From Podarcis pityusensis (lineage: Eukaryota), in the NCBI GenBank assembly GCA_964106645.2, contig OZ067045.1: a stretch of 64,000 nucleotides of DNA. One strand, written 5' to 3'. The translations under genes were made by a program, and so were the position numbers. Of this stretch, positions 1 through 12,706 are shown piece after piece (within the stretch, counting starts at the first letter, position 1; each line of letters begins with the position of its first letter). The notes beneath the pieces were generated by a model that was not told where the DNA came from, did no database searches, and saw only the letters and a list, made by a program, of their open reading frames with translations.

Positions 1-1464
1 CGTGGATGGTTCATTTAGCTATCACGGCTAATAGACATCAATAGACCTCTCTTCCATGAATTTGTCTACCTGTCTTCCATGGACAATAGATCTATCAATG
101 GCTGCTAGCTCAGCTAGAAGGAGATGCTACTGAGGTAACTGGATTTCCATTCTGAGGCTTTTTGTGACATTGCTATGGATAAAAGGACTTTGGAGCTAGT
201 TATATTTTGAGCAAGCAACACAAATGGCTTCAAAGACTGAAGGGTGACTGTGGACCAGATCTGTATGTGTTTGACCCCTCCAGGCAGAAGTGCTGAGACC
301 TGGGCTTTGAATCTGTCCATCTTGCTGTGCTGAACTCAAGATGGGAGTGTGGGCAAAACACTGGGACTTGCTGGTATGTGCTTGAATCCCATTCACAAAG
401 TGGCTGCATACTGGAAGTGGTCAGAGAAAGCTCAGAAGAGCAAAGAGTGAGGCTGGCAGGTTATATCCAATGGGCCCAGATAACACTGAGAACCTACCGA
501 GGCAAGCAATTATTATTCCATTGTACAGATGTGGAAACTGAAGCTGTGAGGGATGTGACGCACTTCAAGCTCATGTTTCAGTGAATTGGGGAGGCTTTGA
601 ACCAGTGTGTCCTGGAGCCGATGCTAATGCGTTATCCACTAACAGTCAAACATATATGTCGGTTTTGAAGCCTAAGCAAAAGGTGAAATTCCAGGCATTC
701 TGCCCAGTTTATCTTCCATCCAGCATTTGTTGATGTTTGATGAAGACTCTTGGGATGCAGCTTGATGAAAATACATCTAAATAGATTTCATCTCGCCTCT
801 GATGCTAGCTAGCGGTGTTAATCCCAGAAGAGACCAAACTATCTTCTTTTTCTTTTCTTTTTCTTTAAACTTTTCCTTTTGTTTTCTTTCCCGGCCTCTT
901 TATCAGGAAGGGCAAAATCATTATATGCCTGCAAATGATGGAAGCCTTCGAGTGGGGAAGATTTACCTTAGGCTGACAAACTGCTTGCCTTTGGATCATT
1001 GTCTGCTCTCTTACTCTGCGGGAGATGAGCAGTCGAGTAGCGAAGAAAATATTTAAGTGAAGTTTTATGAGGGATTCCCTCCTGCGCATTCACTTAATTT
1101 GATATGAAATGGCAGCCTGCGAAGACACACGTTACCAGTCGGCATCTGCTATTACATGGCTGGCTGTTTCTTGCAGTGTTGGTTTGCCTACTTTACAAGC
1201 TCTGAGCAGATAAAGAGGGAGATGTGAGTGCCTGTAGGTTTTTCTTTTCTTTTTATGAAGTTGTGTGTGTGTGTGTGTGTGTGTGGAGGAGAAACCCACC
1301 CTGCTTTTTGTTTCATATTCAAAAGGCAAATGCCGGGTGGAGGGAATTTATCCAAGGAGAAGGAAAAATCACTTGTGTTGGCAGCCTTAAAGAGGGTGGT
1401 CCAGGGGAGCCTGGCGCTCAGCAGGACTCTTGAGGAGGGACAAGCAGTGGTCTGACTCGATATA

Positions 1465-1690
1465 CAGTGGTACCTCGGGTTACATACGCTTCAGGTTACA
1501 GACTCCGCTAACCCAGAAATAGTGCTTCAAGTTAAGAACTTTGCTTCAGGATGAGAACAGAAATCGTGTTCCGGCAGCGCAGCGGCAGCAGGAGGCCCCA
1601 TTAGCTAAAGTGGTGCTTCGGGTTAAGAACAGTTTCAGGTTAAGAACAGACCTCCGGAACGAATTAAGTACTTAACCTGAGGTACCACTG
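1465..1690. mobile_element. Tc1/mariner (pogo/Tigger-like) MITE
   Basis: TIR CAGTGGTACCTCGGGTTA / TAACCTGAGGTACCACTG, TA TSD. Confidence 0.9.
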
Positions 1691-1999
1691 TAATGTGGTT
1701 TTCTATGTGCCTGTGTTTGATTATCTCTTCCCTTTTTATCTATAAACGGCACTGGAAAAAATGGGGAAGAGAACTTCATTGTGGAAAGCATCTAAAGAAT
1801 GGTGCAACTGGTTCCACATGCTCAGGTATAACTGCTCAACTTTGGCTAGATCTAAAATCTGAGGTCCCCACAGAGGAGGAGCAAAAGGAACTGTGTCCCA
1901 AGGCACCCACCAGTGACGCTGAGGGAATCCTGGGTCCCGGCAAACCGTTTTTCTATCTCAACACTGCAGTCACAGGTGCAGAGATCACCTGACCAGTTG

Positions 2000-2073
2000 C
2001 ATACCCTCCAACATTTCTCTGATGGAAAATAGGGACATCCTATTTAATAATAATAATAATAATAATGATGATG

Positions 2074-2114
<41 letters not shown>

Positions 2115-2380
2115 CTTTATACCACGCCCACCTGACTGAGTTGCCATTCTGTGTGACTTCCAACATATATAAGAACATTAAACATTTTTAAAAAAACTTC
2201 CTATACAGGGCTGCTTTCAGATGGCTCAGGGGTCAGATAACACCATACCTTCCAACTTTTCTCCGATGAAAATAGGGGCGTCCTAAGGAAAAGCGGAACA
2301 TTGTAGGATCAAATCAGAAACCGGCACGGCTTCTGTAAATCTGTGACGTCCCTGGAAAATAGGGACACTTGGAGGGTCTG
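2000..2380. mobile_element. Composite hAT-like MITE with duplicated left end and internal L2 tail
   Basis: CATACCCTCCAA..GAAAATAGGG at 2000 and again at 2244; right end TTGGAGGGTCTG; (AAT)n plus L2 3' sequence in between. No clear TSD. Confidence 0.65.
2045..2111. repeat. (AAT)n microsatellite with ATG interruptions
   Basis: Read directly. Confidence 0.95.
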
Positions 2381-3989
2381 CAGGCTGCCTGGGGCTTGCA
2401 GCCAGCTCTCAAAACCCCACCCCACCCCCAACTCGTCACCCTGGGAAACAGAGGAGACAGCCAGCCAGGAAAGAGCTTCAAAGCTGCCAGCCGAGTGTCT
2501 GGCTAGCCGCACAAATCTATCCTTCATGTGAGATTACTCAGGAGAATCCCGCATAGGTGCCTGCCTGGATCAAGGCCTGGTTGATGGTCAGGAAGGATGG
2601 AGCCCCTAAGTCCTACATAAGCTCCCTTTCTGAGCCAAGCCATTGCCGAAGTAATCGCTCCCTTGGGGCTCACTGCTAAGCTCCTGCCCAGTGCACTAGT
2701 GGTTGGGTTTGCAATTGTGAGTCTTTCTAGTACCAGAGAAATGGACATGAAGGCAGCTTTTTGCTTCTGATGCTTTTTTTTAAAAATGGGATTGATATAT
2801 ATCAATCTCAAAAGCTCACAATCACAAAGAATAATAAAACAACAAAATGAATACCAATCCTTCCTCCTCCTCTCCTTAGGTTGAACACAGATATATCTTT
2901 GTTTACATTAGAGCACATGACATGCAACAATTACATAAAATTAAAATTAGAACAACAACAACAATGATAAACACTCTGATAAACATTTCTGAGAAGTGCA
3001 TATACGAAAATTTCTACCCTTATCACAGATATGAAATGATATATTGTAATGTGTGGTGCTTAGATTGCTATCCATAAGAAAAAAGGTACTGTATTTTGTA
3101 TCAGTTTCTCCCCAGGTTAGTTACTAAGGTAATTGTTATTATTTGCACAATCTTCTAGACAGACTAGTTAGGTGAATCAATGTCCCAGTGTTTATACTGT
3201 TATCCAAACAGGTCTTTTAAAAATGTACTAACTTGTGTTTCTTGTATAGTATCCACCCCACCAACACACACATGTGGCAAAACCCTTTTGAAACTGACAG
3301 GTCCTTAAATACTGTTTCTGTTAAAGGGGCCCTGGTGGATCTGCTGTCAATTCAAAGTGGGGTGGGGTGGGGGTCGTAACTTCTTCCAGGTGTTCCTGAT
3401 GCAGTTCTATGGACCTGGCCCTTTGATTATTAGATTAATACATACGGTAAATACATACATAATTTTATTTGTATGCTGCCTTTCCAGTGTTCAAGCAATG
3501 CTCAAGGCGGCTTACAACATGGCTTACAACATTACTACTACATAACAAAAGTAGTCATAAATAATAATAAATAAAATATAAAAAATGCACAACCAAGCTG
3601 AACGATTTCCACATAAATCACAAGATCTAAAATAAAAATACTGAAACACCCTCCCGCAACAACAACAAACCTTCCTGGAGTATGGCTTGACATTCCATGA
3701 TTCCAAATCTTGAATAACAGATTTGCCTGAACCAAACCAAAGCCAGAACCAAATCACCGAACCACAGAAAAAGTGGTTCACAGTGTATTGAGACATTTGG
3801 GTGCATAGCTTATAATGAAATAGAAGAAAATAGACTTAAAAGGCCAGCATCCTCAAGTCACATATACCTGTGTGTGGCTTTGGTGTCCAAACAAATGATC
3901 AAATATATGCCAACCCACATGAATATTTTGTTGGGAAAGGATTTCCTACCCACCAATGCCATCCAAAACTCCAAGCAGTTTGATGCAAA

Positions 3990-3990
<1 letters not shown>

Positions 3991-4020
<30 letters not shown>

Positions 4021-4050
4021 CTTCTTCTTCTTCTTCTTCTTCTTCTTCTT
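3991..4050. repeat. (CTT)20 microsatellite
   Basis: Read directly. Confidence 0.97.
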
Positions 4051-4454
4051 CCTCATCTACTTGCCATTTGCCCTAAGGTTCCAAGGTGGGTTACAACAAT
4101 TAAAATACAGTACTAAAAACAATTTAAAACAACTTGCAATCGCACAATAGAGGGAGTGCTAAAAATTCTACACCGCAGGTATCAAAAGCTTGGGTGTTCC
4201 TTGCTTTTTGTCAAAAGCAGTATAATTTACTACGGCTGCTTGTTTAATTTGTAATCTACGGGTCACTGTAAAGGTCCAAGGGGGCAATGGCATGTGCATG
4301 CAGAAGGGGAGGTTCTGGAAGGAGTTGGCAAAAACTGCTGTGCCCTGAATGAAGGATGCCCCATCCTTTTGGCAAACGTAGAGGCAGTAAGAGGATGAGC
4401 CAGAGGGTCCAGGGACCCCTGAAACAACTGTGCCGTGTGAGTGTGGGTGTAATC

Positions 4455-4705
4455 CATGGGTAGGCAAACCAAGGCCCGGGGGCTGGATCCGGCCCAATCA
4501 CCTTCTCAATCTGGCCTGCGGACGGTCCAGGAATCAGCGTGTTTTTACATGAGTAGAATGTGTCCTTTTATTTAAAATGCATCTCTGGGTTATTTGCGGG
4601 GCATAGGAATTTGTTCATTTTTTCCCTTCAAAATATAATCCGGCCCCCCACAAGGTCCGAGGGACAGTGGACTGGCCCCCTGCTGAAAAAGTTAGCTGAC
4701 CCCTG
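4455..4705. mobile_element. hAT (Charlie-like) MITE
   Basis: Imperfect TIR CATGGGTAGGCAAAC / GTTAGCTGACCCCTG and perfect 8-bp TSD GTGTAATC (4447-4454, 4706-4713). Confidence 0.88.
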
Positions 4706-6178
4706 GTGTAATCCTCCCCGCCTAGGCCGCAAAAGTGCCGGAGATTAGCCCTGAAACATGCGCCGTTCGTGCTCTGCATTTTAAAGTGTCACATTCCTTG
4801 GCCCTTTGGAGTCCCAGAGCGCCTCATTTTGAGAGCCTGGGACTGAGAGGGATGTTGGCAAGAGATGAACTCTTGTGGGATATTCTTTCACCATCGCTAA
4901 GCCCTCCCCCTCCCTCCCTCCCCGTTTCAGGCTGTGGAGTTCCATTCAGTGCCATTGTCTCAGATAATTTCAGCGAAAGAGAAATGCCTCGTTAATACTG
5001 CTATAATTAAGTGACACTGCCACTTCCCTGCTTCCTTCTGCTTGCCATCCCCCCTGAGCCTTCTATGTCCCTGCAAGGAAGCCTGAGGATCCTTCAGCTG
5101 CATCATGGGTCCCCCCCCCCAACGCCTCCTCTCTCAACAGCTCGCATCTTTCCCCTGGACGGATCTCTCTTCCTGGGTGGCTCTCAGTACTGTTCTTTTA
5201 TTAGCAGCAAATGCCTATCTCTTTTTATATGGCTTGGAATGCATTAACTGATTGCCTGCTGAATGCTGGCATGCCTCTGCAAGAAATCAAGAAATTCTCC
5301 ATTGTGGCCTGGGCTTTGCCCATGTAGCCCAAGAAATCAGGGGGTTTATGTGACACAGTTTAAGTCTGGCAGTACAATGGCAACCAAATTGGAGGTCAAA
5401 GCGTGTTTTCTTTTATGTAAAAAAAAAATCAATTTGATTTCAAAGTTGCATCCATTGAAAGCATAGGACTCTGAATAATGCACATGTCATTCTGATGAGT
5501 GAATGACCAGTTACAAAATGTGAATGTGTTGCACCTGGGGGGGGGGAGGGGAGACTGCAGCTGAGTGGCAGAGGACATGTTTTGGATACAGAAGGTCCCA
5601 GATTCAATTTTTGTCTCTTAAGTAGGGTTACTGGGGAGCTGCTGCCAGTCAGTGTCGACAGTATTCTGAATAGGCAGGTTCCTGCTGTTAGAAAAATGAG
5701 GTTGGCTTTTACAGCCAAGCTCCCTATCGTGGGACTTTGGGTCTAAAAATGGAAGCTACCAAGGAAGCAAATGAAGCTGTTGATCTTTATTGGAGTGTTG
5801 CAACAGAGTCTCTCCCCCTTCCTACCATCTTGCAAGGAGGTGAGGAGCCCAGAACAAAAGCATCTTACAAATTTTAAACCATCAGATAGTGTCCGCCCCT
5901 GTAACAGAAAGACCACCCCAAAATGTCACAGATACATCACAAAATGGGTTGTACACCTAAATCAGATCATGCTCAGAGTTCATGTTTCTCCAACATATTT
6001 ACACAGTCAGTCAATCAAGATACCTGATAATACCTGTTAATTGGGCTTCCTGGCCTCTCTGAGACATCCTTTTGAAATGGTGAATAGCTGGGACTCCAAT
6101 CCATTGTCAAGGACCTGTTTCATTCATGCATAGATGTCTGATCTTTTGACAGATCAGCTTGGCCGTTCAACAGATACT

Positions 6179-6298
6179 TAGAATCATAGAGTTGGAAGGG
6201 ATCCTGATGGTCATCTAGTCCAACCCCCTGCAATGCAGGAACATGCAGCTGCCCCATACGGGGATTGAAGCTGCAACCTTGGCATTATCAGCACCATG
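6179..6298 (-). mobile_element. tRNA-Ile-derived SINE with CR1 3' tail (5'-truncated)
   Basis: Minus strand TGGTGCTGATAATGCCAAGGTTGCAGCTTCAATCCCGTA resembles tRNA-Ile anticodon and T arms, fused to the CR1 tail. Confidence 0.7.
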
Positions 6299-6310
6299 TA
6301 GGGATGTTTA

Positions 6311-6436
6311 ATTGAAAGGGACCACAAGGGCCATCTAGTTCAACCCCCTGCAATGCAGTAATCTTTCACCCAATGTGGGGCTTGAACCCACAACCCTGAG
6401 ATTAAGAGTCTCATGCTCTACCAACTGAGTTATCCC
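6311..6436 (-). mobile_element. tRNA-Lys(CTT)-derived SINE with CR1 3' tail; other copies at 34318-34437 and 60310-60469
   Basis: Minus strand GGGATAACTCAGTTGGTAGAGCATGAGACTCTTAATCTCAGGGTTGTGGGTTCAAGCCCCAC fused to the CR1 tail TGCATTGCAGGGGGTTG.ACTAGATG. Confidence 0.85.
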
Positions 6437-6887
6437 AACAAGATGTTCTACCAGTTTGCAGAGGGAGGACCTATCAGGAATTTCCTGCTATCTGACGTTG
6501 ACTAGGGGCTGCTAAATACTGCTGCTGTGTTGCCCTCGGTACTATTTCAGACATGTATGCACTTATGAACGTGCATTTTATTCACAACACCTTGGAATTC
6601 CTACAGCGTCGTGTTACCAGTTGCATCCAGCACCCTGTTTCCCACAGGGCATGAATCTGACTGCTGCTGTTCCCCAGCGATTGGTTTTCAGAATTATATG
6701 GCCTCTGAAGCTGAAGGTTCTGCACTGGAGTCATAGGTAATAGCTGTGATGGACTTATTCCCCATTTGTCTAATCCTGTTAAGGGACGTATTTTACACCA
6801 TAATCTTCAGAAGCATTCGTGGCTGCATAGCGACAATTGGTCAGAGCAGTAACATTTAAGCACCAATTCATTCTTCTTTCGCGCAAG

Positions 6888-7045
6888 GGGCCAGAGCTCA
6901 GGGCACAACACGTGCATTGCATGCAGAAGGTCCCTGGGTTCAGTCCCTTGTACCCTCAGGTAGGGCCGGGGAAGCCCTCTGCATCTGAAACCGTGGAGAG
7001 CCTCTGGCAGCCATTGTAGACAGTACTGAGCTAGATGATGGGCTG
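6888..7045 (+). mobile_element. tRNA-derived SINE (Squam2-like); related copies at ~5560-5670, 34598-34765(-), 38868-38960, 63350-63500(-)
   Basis: AGCTCAG..TTGCATGCAGAAGGTCCC.GGTTCA.TCCC head and GAGAGCC.CTG.CAG.C..TGTAGACAGTACTGAGCTAGATG body. Confidence 0.65.
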
Positions 7046-7644
7046 ATGAGACAAAGTCACCCAGAAACCGTTTCACTTATTTCAGAGAGTATTTTTACTA
7101 CACCCTTCCAGTGTAGAAATAATGTTCAGGGTATCACAGGGCATTTTTAAAATAGCTTTTGAAAAAAGGCACCTGAGTATTGCGATTCACATTCAGTATC
7201 CTTTGGATATGCCACAGTGGCATCTGCCATCCGTCAGATGGCCATGTACAGGAGGCAATAATAAAAAATACATTAAAAACGAGTTTAAAGAATGAATATG
7301 AATGGTAAGCAGCAAAGCGGTAGTCAATGGTTCGGTTCCTAAGGAGGTCAAAAGCAGAATTCACATCCAATGTTTCCACCCAGGTGACTATTTGGCTGTG
7401 TACACAGATGGAGTGATTCGCCTGTGAGGAAAGGTTGCAGAATCCAGGGAAAAGGCAAGGAAGAGGTAACATGGCAGAGATTTATACAATTATTCATGGA
7501 GAAAGGGGAGAGAGAAACAATTCAGCAAATTCAATCAATTTCCATGCAACATTCCCTTAAGATTTTGACCTCCCATCCTTGCTTCCATGAGGTTTCTCTT
7601 CAGATCATTCCTCTATGTAATATTTCTCTAAAACATATATCCTA

Positions 7645-7982
7645 AAAAGCAAGTGCTTCTTCACACAGCAAGCAGTTAAAACTGTGGAACTTGCTCACAC
7701 GGGCCACCAGCTTGGATGGCTTTAATAGAGAATGGGAAAAAATTCATAAGGGATAAAATCTATCAATGGATATAAGCCATGAGGACTGTGCTCTGCTTCC
7801 ACAGTCAGAGGCAGTAATGCTTCTGAATACCAGTTGCGGGAAACCACAAGAGGAGAGAGTGTTCTTATGCTCTGGTCCTGCTTGCCTGTTTTGCACAGGC
7901 CTCTCTGGGTCACTGTTACGAGAACAGGGTGCTGGACTAGATGGGTTCATTGGCCTGATTTAGCAGGCTCCTTTCATGTTCC
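7645..7982 (+). mobile_element. Older CR1-type 3' end with long UTR; further copies at ~1-110, 6610-6780, 12756-12853, 21712-22035, 32805-33040, 34765-34950, 39550-39930, 53690-53850, 57003-57220
   Basis: ORF-end motif CFFTQQAVK/LWNLL and shared UTR GAGAACAGG(A/G)TGCTGGACTAGATGGG..TTGGCCTGAT..AGCAGGCTC repeated across the window. Confidence 0.7.
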
Positions 7983-8189
7983 TACACACTAGCGGTTTAA
8001 AATGCTGCTAGGTCATTCATTTTCTTAATTTGGATCAAAGCTGTTTTTTGGGGAAACTACATCAAAGTGCAGTATTTCATAAGAAACTACAGGACAGAAG
8101 CAGGATAGACATGGATTGTAGCTAATGTGGTGTAGCTAAAGCAGTGGTGGGAGTGCATTGGGTGCCTCTGTCCTGGATAGCAGGATTCT

Positions 8190-8566
8190 TCAGGTGGTGC
8201 TGTGGTCTAAACCACTGATCCTCTTGGGCTTGCCAATCAGAAGGTCGGCGGTTTGAATCCGCTCAGTGGTGGTGAGCTCCCATTGCTCTGTCCCAGCTTC
8301 TGCCAACCTAGCAGTTCAAAAGCACACCAGTGCAAGTAGATAAATAGGTACTGCTGCGGTGGGAAGGTAAACAGCGTTTCTGTGCACTCTGGCACTTGTC
8401 ATGGTGTTTCGTTGCGCCAGAAGAGGTTTAGTCATGCTGGCCACATGATCCCGAATACTGCCTGTGGGCAAACACCGGCTCCCTTGGCCTCAAGCGAGAT
8501 GAATGCCGCAACCCCATAGTTGCCTTTGACTGGACTTAACCGTCTATGGGTCCTTTACCTTTACCT
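8190..8566 (+). mobile_element. Sauria SINE
   Basis: tRNA-related head, body GTGCAAGTAGATAAATAGGTAC, (ACCTTT)n tail, 12-bp TSD TAGCAGGATTCT (8178-8189, 8567-8578). Confidence 0.9.
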
Positions 8567-9773
8567 TAGCAGGATTCTGAGTCTGGATCGTCATGAGCTA
8601 CCAGCCTTTCTTTATCATCTTGGTGGGAAGAGCAGGCGCTTTAATAAGCAGGGCAGTCCTCGTTGGAAAAGGAGGGCAATGTACACATAATAAGGAAATG
8701 GCTGTCAGCTTTGGGAACTATAACTGTGGGACTGCTATGGGGGACATTGTTGAATGGAACCCCTAGTTCCATTCTGCTTCCAGCTGAGAGTGGAAAAGCA
8801 GTGTGTCAATCAGCAGTTCTCAAGAACCCAAGTATGAAGGCAAACTCGTCAACCAAATAACACACTTCGAGCCTCTCTGCCTCCTCCCCCTCCCTCAAAT
8901 GATATTTAGGCCTAATTGAGGAACCCAGGACAAACTGGAATGCAGAAAGGTGCCTTATACCAAGGGAGACCAGAGGTCCTTGTCTACTCTAATTGGCAGC
9001 AGTTCTCCTGGGTTTATGGACAAGTCTTTTTCCAGCCCCACCCAGAGATGGCAGGCATTTTATTGCTTTATATTAGAGTCATATGCTGCTTCACAGCCAG
9101 AAGCTGTTGAAGTGGTGCTGCTAAGACAAAATGGGGTAAAACGCAAAAGATAACAGACTCTTAAAAACAGCAAAGCCATTTATACGATTATACAATTAAT
9201 GTTCCATAAAATGATTGAACCTGAGACCTTTTTTATGCAAAGCATGTGCTCTGCCACTGAGCTTGTGACCCTTCCCCTTCGTTCACTTTGGTTCAGTGGC
9301 CCTGAAACCAAGGAAAGTTTACAGAGTACAATTTATGAGAAAATAAGCACACAGGTTATGGAAGGCGGTAAGGGGGAATTGGCTGGGGTGAGATAAAAGC
9401 AGGAAACGATGGGTGATTTCTGATTTTCGTGCAATTTGTTATGAATGTATTCACTGAAAGTTTTGCATACCGTGAGATCTTTTTGCATTTAATGAAATCT
9501 CATTGAAGCTGCCCACCCACCCCCATTTCTCCACTAAAAACTGGCTCTTTGGGCCTGCTCAGTCTGAATTCAGCTCAGCAAGGAGTTTTCCTTAGGCACC
9601 CTCTGGCTGTGCCAAAGACTTGCAAATGGAGAGATCCCTGTCAGTGCAGAGGAAAAAGTAGCTTGTTGCTAGCTGCAATCCACACAGCATGCAAGAGGAG
9701 CACTCACCAAAACTAGTGGGGAGAGCAGGAAAAATCCTGCCTGCGAGGTACCTCGTGCCAGCCTTTTAATATA

Positions 9774-10124
9774 GCGTATTTTTCGCTCCATAAGACGCAC
9801 TTTTTTCCTCCTAAAAAGTAAGGGGAAATGTCTGTGCATCTTATGAAGCGAATGCTGCATGGAAGAGGGACGTGTAAGCGGCTCCTGTTCGCTTTGCTGC
9901 TTTAAAGCGAGCCACAGTGGAGGGAAGGGAGGGGAGCCATGGCTCCCTTCCGTTCCTCCTCTGTGGCTCGCTTTAAAGCAGCAAAGCAGACAGGAGCCGC
10001 CCGCTTTGCAGCTTTAAATAGTTTAGTACAACATTTGATTCAGAATATTTTTTCCCGTGTTTTCCTCCTCTAAAAACTAGGTACATCTTATGGTCAGGTG
10101 CGTCTTATGGAGCGAAAAATACGG
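9774..10124. mobile_element. Tc1/mariner-superfamily non-autonomous element (Tc2/pogo-like)
   Basis: TIR CGTATTTTTCGCTCCATAAGACGCAC / GTGCGTCTTATGGAGCGAAAAATACG, TA TSD, internal inverted repeats. Confidence 0.88.
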
Positions 10125-10906
10125 TAAATATTTATGGGTTTGGAGAATTACATAATCTAATCAAACAGTGCTTCTTTCCCCTCATTTGCTTTCTTTCTCA
10201 TCCTCGGTTTTTTGCCATCTCTCTTTCAAGCAGACTATGGTCGCCATGAGGCCTAGAAACGTAATTCTAAACAATGACAAACTTCTGTGGAGTCTAAGGA
10301 GACCTGATCTGCCATACAAAAGTGGTTCAAGATACATATGTGTGCTGCCCACTTCTGATCTCCTAAGTGGGCTTATCTGAGAGGAATATGAGTTTGTCTC
10401 AATGCAGCAGGTAGGGTGAGGTGATGATTAGGATTCCCCGGATCCCATGAGTTTCTGAAATGAGAAATCAGGAGTAGAACTCTGCTCCTTGCTGTGCAGA
10501 GTGATGATTGTTATTGTAATTTCACCAGTGTCTGGATTTTCAAAATTTCCTAGCCACTCTATCACTTGACTCTGACTTTATGTAGTTACTTCTGCCAAGG
10601 TCTGATTTTATGCCCAAATAGCTTTGTGGATTCCAATTGTGAATCCAAATCTTGCTGTCCCTTCTAAATAGCCATCTTTTAAATTCTTTTTTGGGAGGGC
10701 GGGGTGGTATTATATACTACATATTAATTTGCAAGAAGGTAATAGAAAATGCATTGAAAGATAATCCATGGAAGAGTATATTAAACTCCCTTAATTGTTA
10801 ACTACATTTGCAAGTTTTTAACTACAAGCTTGCCTTTTGTTATGCTTGAAAAGAGGTGGGTACAATGGAAACATTTTTGTAAGGCAGTGTGGTATAATGA
10901 TTAGAG

Positions 10907-11624
10907 TAAGGTTACCAGATTTTTTTCAAAGAATCCGGGGACACTTTTTTTTTGGAAAAGAGAAAAAAAAGTTATTAAGAAAAGTTATTTTTAAAAAAGT
11001 TAAGAAGTAATATATTCTCTTCTGTGATCTCCTCTGTCACACGGCTTTGCTCTGGACCCCAGCCTGCTCTCTTGGAGCACTAGCCACCATGGAGGAGGCT
11101 TGGGTCGGGCCTGGGCTCCGCCACGTGTCCTTGCCCTCCTGGTGCTCTCCTACCTCTCCTCAGCGGCGGCGGCAGTGGCGCAGCAAGGTCGGAGCTCCCC
11201 TCTTTTTTCTCCTTCCTCTTTCTCTCTCTTCCTTCTCCTTCTCCTCTCGTCCTTCTCCCTGTGTTGGCTCCAGGGTTTTCATGGCCCTGGCGCGCTGCTG
11301 GGCAGTTGGACTGGTGGCCCAATGCTCTCGCTTCCGTCTCGATTTGGGTCGCGGGGGAGTCAGCGGTTCCCCCAGTTGACGCGCCGGGTGTCCCCGGTTC
11401 CCCCTTGGCAGTGGCGTCCGCCATTTTGCCTCGCCGGAAGTCCCCATATGATGTGTCTTGTGCCGTTGAACCAATCACACAACATTCATTCCCTACTAAT
11501 AAATCTACAACAATTAAAATATAAATCCGGGGACATTAAATGAAATCCGGGGACAGATTTTGTCTGGGGACGGATTTGTAAATCTGGGACTGTCCCCAGG
11601 AAATGGGGACGTCTGGTAACCATA
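10907..11624. mobile_element. Non-autonomous hAT element with GC-rich internal cassette
   Basis: TIR TAAGGTTACCAGA / TCTGGTAACCATA, perfect 8-bp TSD GATTAGAG (10899-10906, 11625-11632), subterminal AATCCGGGGACA repeats. Inserted in a tRNA-SINE head. Confidence 0.9.
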
Positions 11625-12632
11625 GATTAGAGTGTTATAGACTTATAGTGGTGGGAGTAAATTTCAAATCCTGCTCAGTTATAAAGCTGACGGAGTCCAT
11701 TCAAGCCGGTCAGTATCTCTTAGCCTGACAGAGCTGACCCTACCATTGGGCAAACTGAGGCAATCATTTCAGGTGGCAGATACTGGGGGGGGCAGTGACC
11801 GCCTAACCTCCCCTGGGACCAGGGTCATTTCCCTCTGTTAGAGGACAAAAGCTATGTTTCTCATGCAGTCTGTTGGTACAGTGGCAAACGCTGTCCCATC
11901 ACCAGTACTGAAGATTCACCTGAAGTAAGATTCATTCTCTAGCCCCTTACCTCAGACTCCAAAATTTTGGCCTGATCTAGTAGGCTTTTCTTATGTCTTG
12001 GGCTCCGCCCCCCCTCTTGTCTAACCCACCTCACAGGGTTGTTAAGTGGCTTACAGCAGGCTAAACCATACATGCTGCCTCAATCATCTCCTGGGAAGGC
12101 AGAATAAAAATGTAACAGTAGCAGAACAGCACTGCATGTGCACCAGAGAAAATTGGGCTTCAGTTGACGGCACATGAATGAGATATTTATAAAGAGGGGG
12201 GGAAAGATTAATGTGCAATGGAGCTCCCCCTCCTGGGCCTTTCTCAGATCTGGTTTGGAGGTTTGGGGGGACCCCTAGAACAGATTTAGGGGGCACACAG
12301 GGGGAGGAGAGGGGAGGAAGTTCCAGTGTGCCAGCAGAAATCCGTGCGCTGACAGGGCACTGTAGCTGAATACTGCCCTTTGACTTTTATCTGTTTAACA
12401 GCAAAATGCATATAGCACTTTGTCAAATGAAAACCTCCACAGCAAAGCTACGGCTTAAAACTTCCCAAGGTGATCAAACAGACGGAGAAGTTTGGTACCT
12501 GGAGTTGCTGAGAGAGATGCAATCTCATGTATGAAATTTCAGACTGGGATGCTAGTTAAAGGTGCACACTGTTCCCGATTTGAAATACTTTTGGCTGTGG
12601 GGTAGCATATTATAAATAATGTAAACGTATAG

Positions 12633-12637
<5 letters not shown>

Positions 12638-12689
<52 letters not shown>

Positions 12690-12706
12690 CTGTGTGTGTG
12701 TGTGTG
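12638..12706. repeat. Compound (CT)n(TG)n microsatellite
   Basis: Read directly. Confidence 0.97.

Noticed and set aside
3874-4150. Poly-Leu / poly-Phe ORFs (similarly 30491-30849 and 56543-56895)
   Set aside because: Translation of microsatellites.
6365-6440. Functional tRNA-Lys(CTT) gene
   Set aside because: The acceptor stem does not pair, it is fused to a CR1 tail, and diverged copies recur; it is a SINE.
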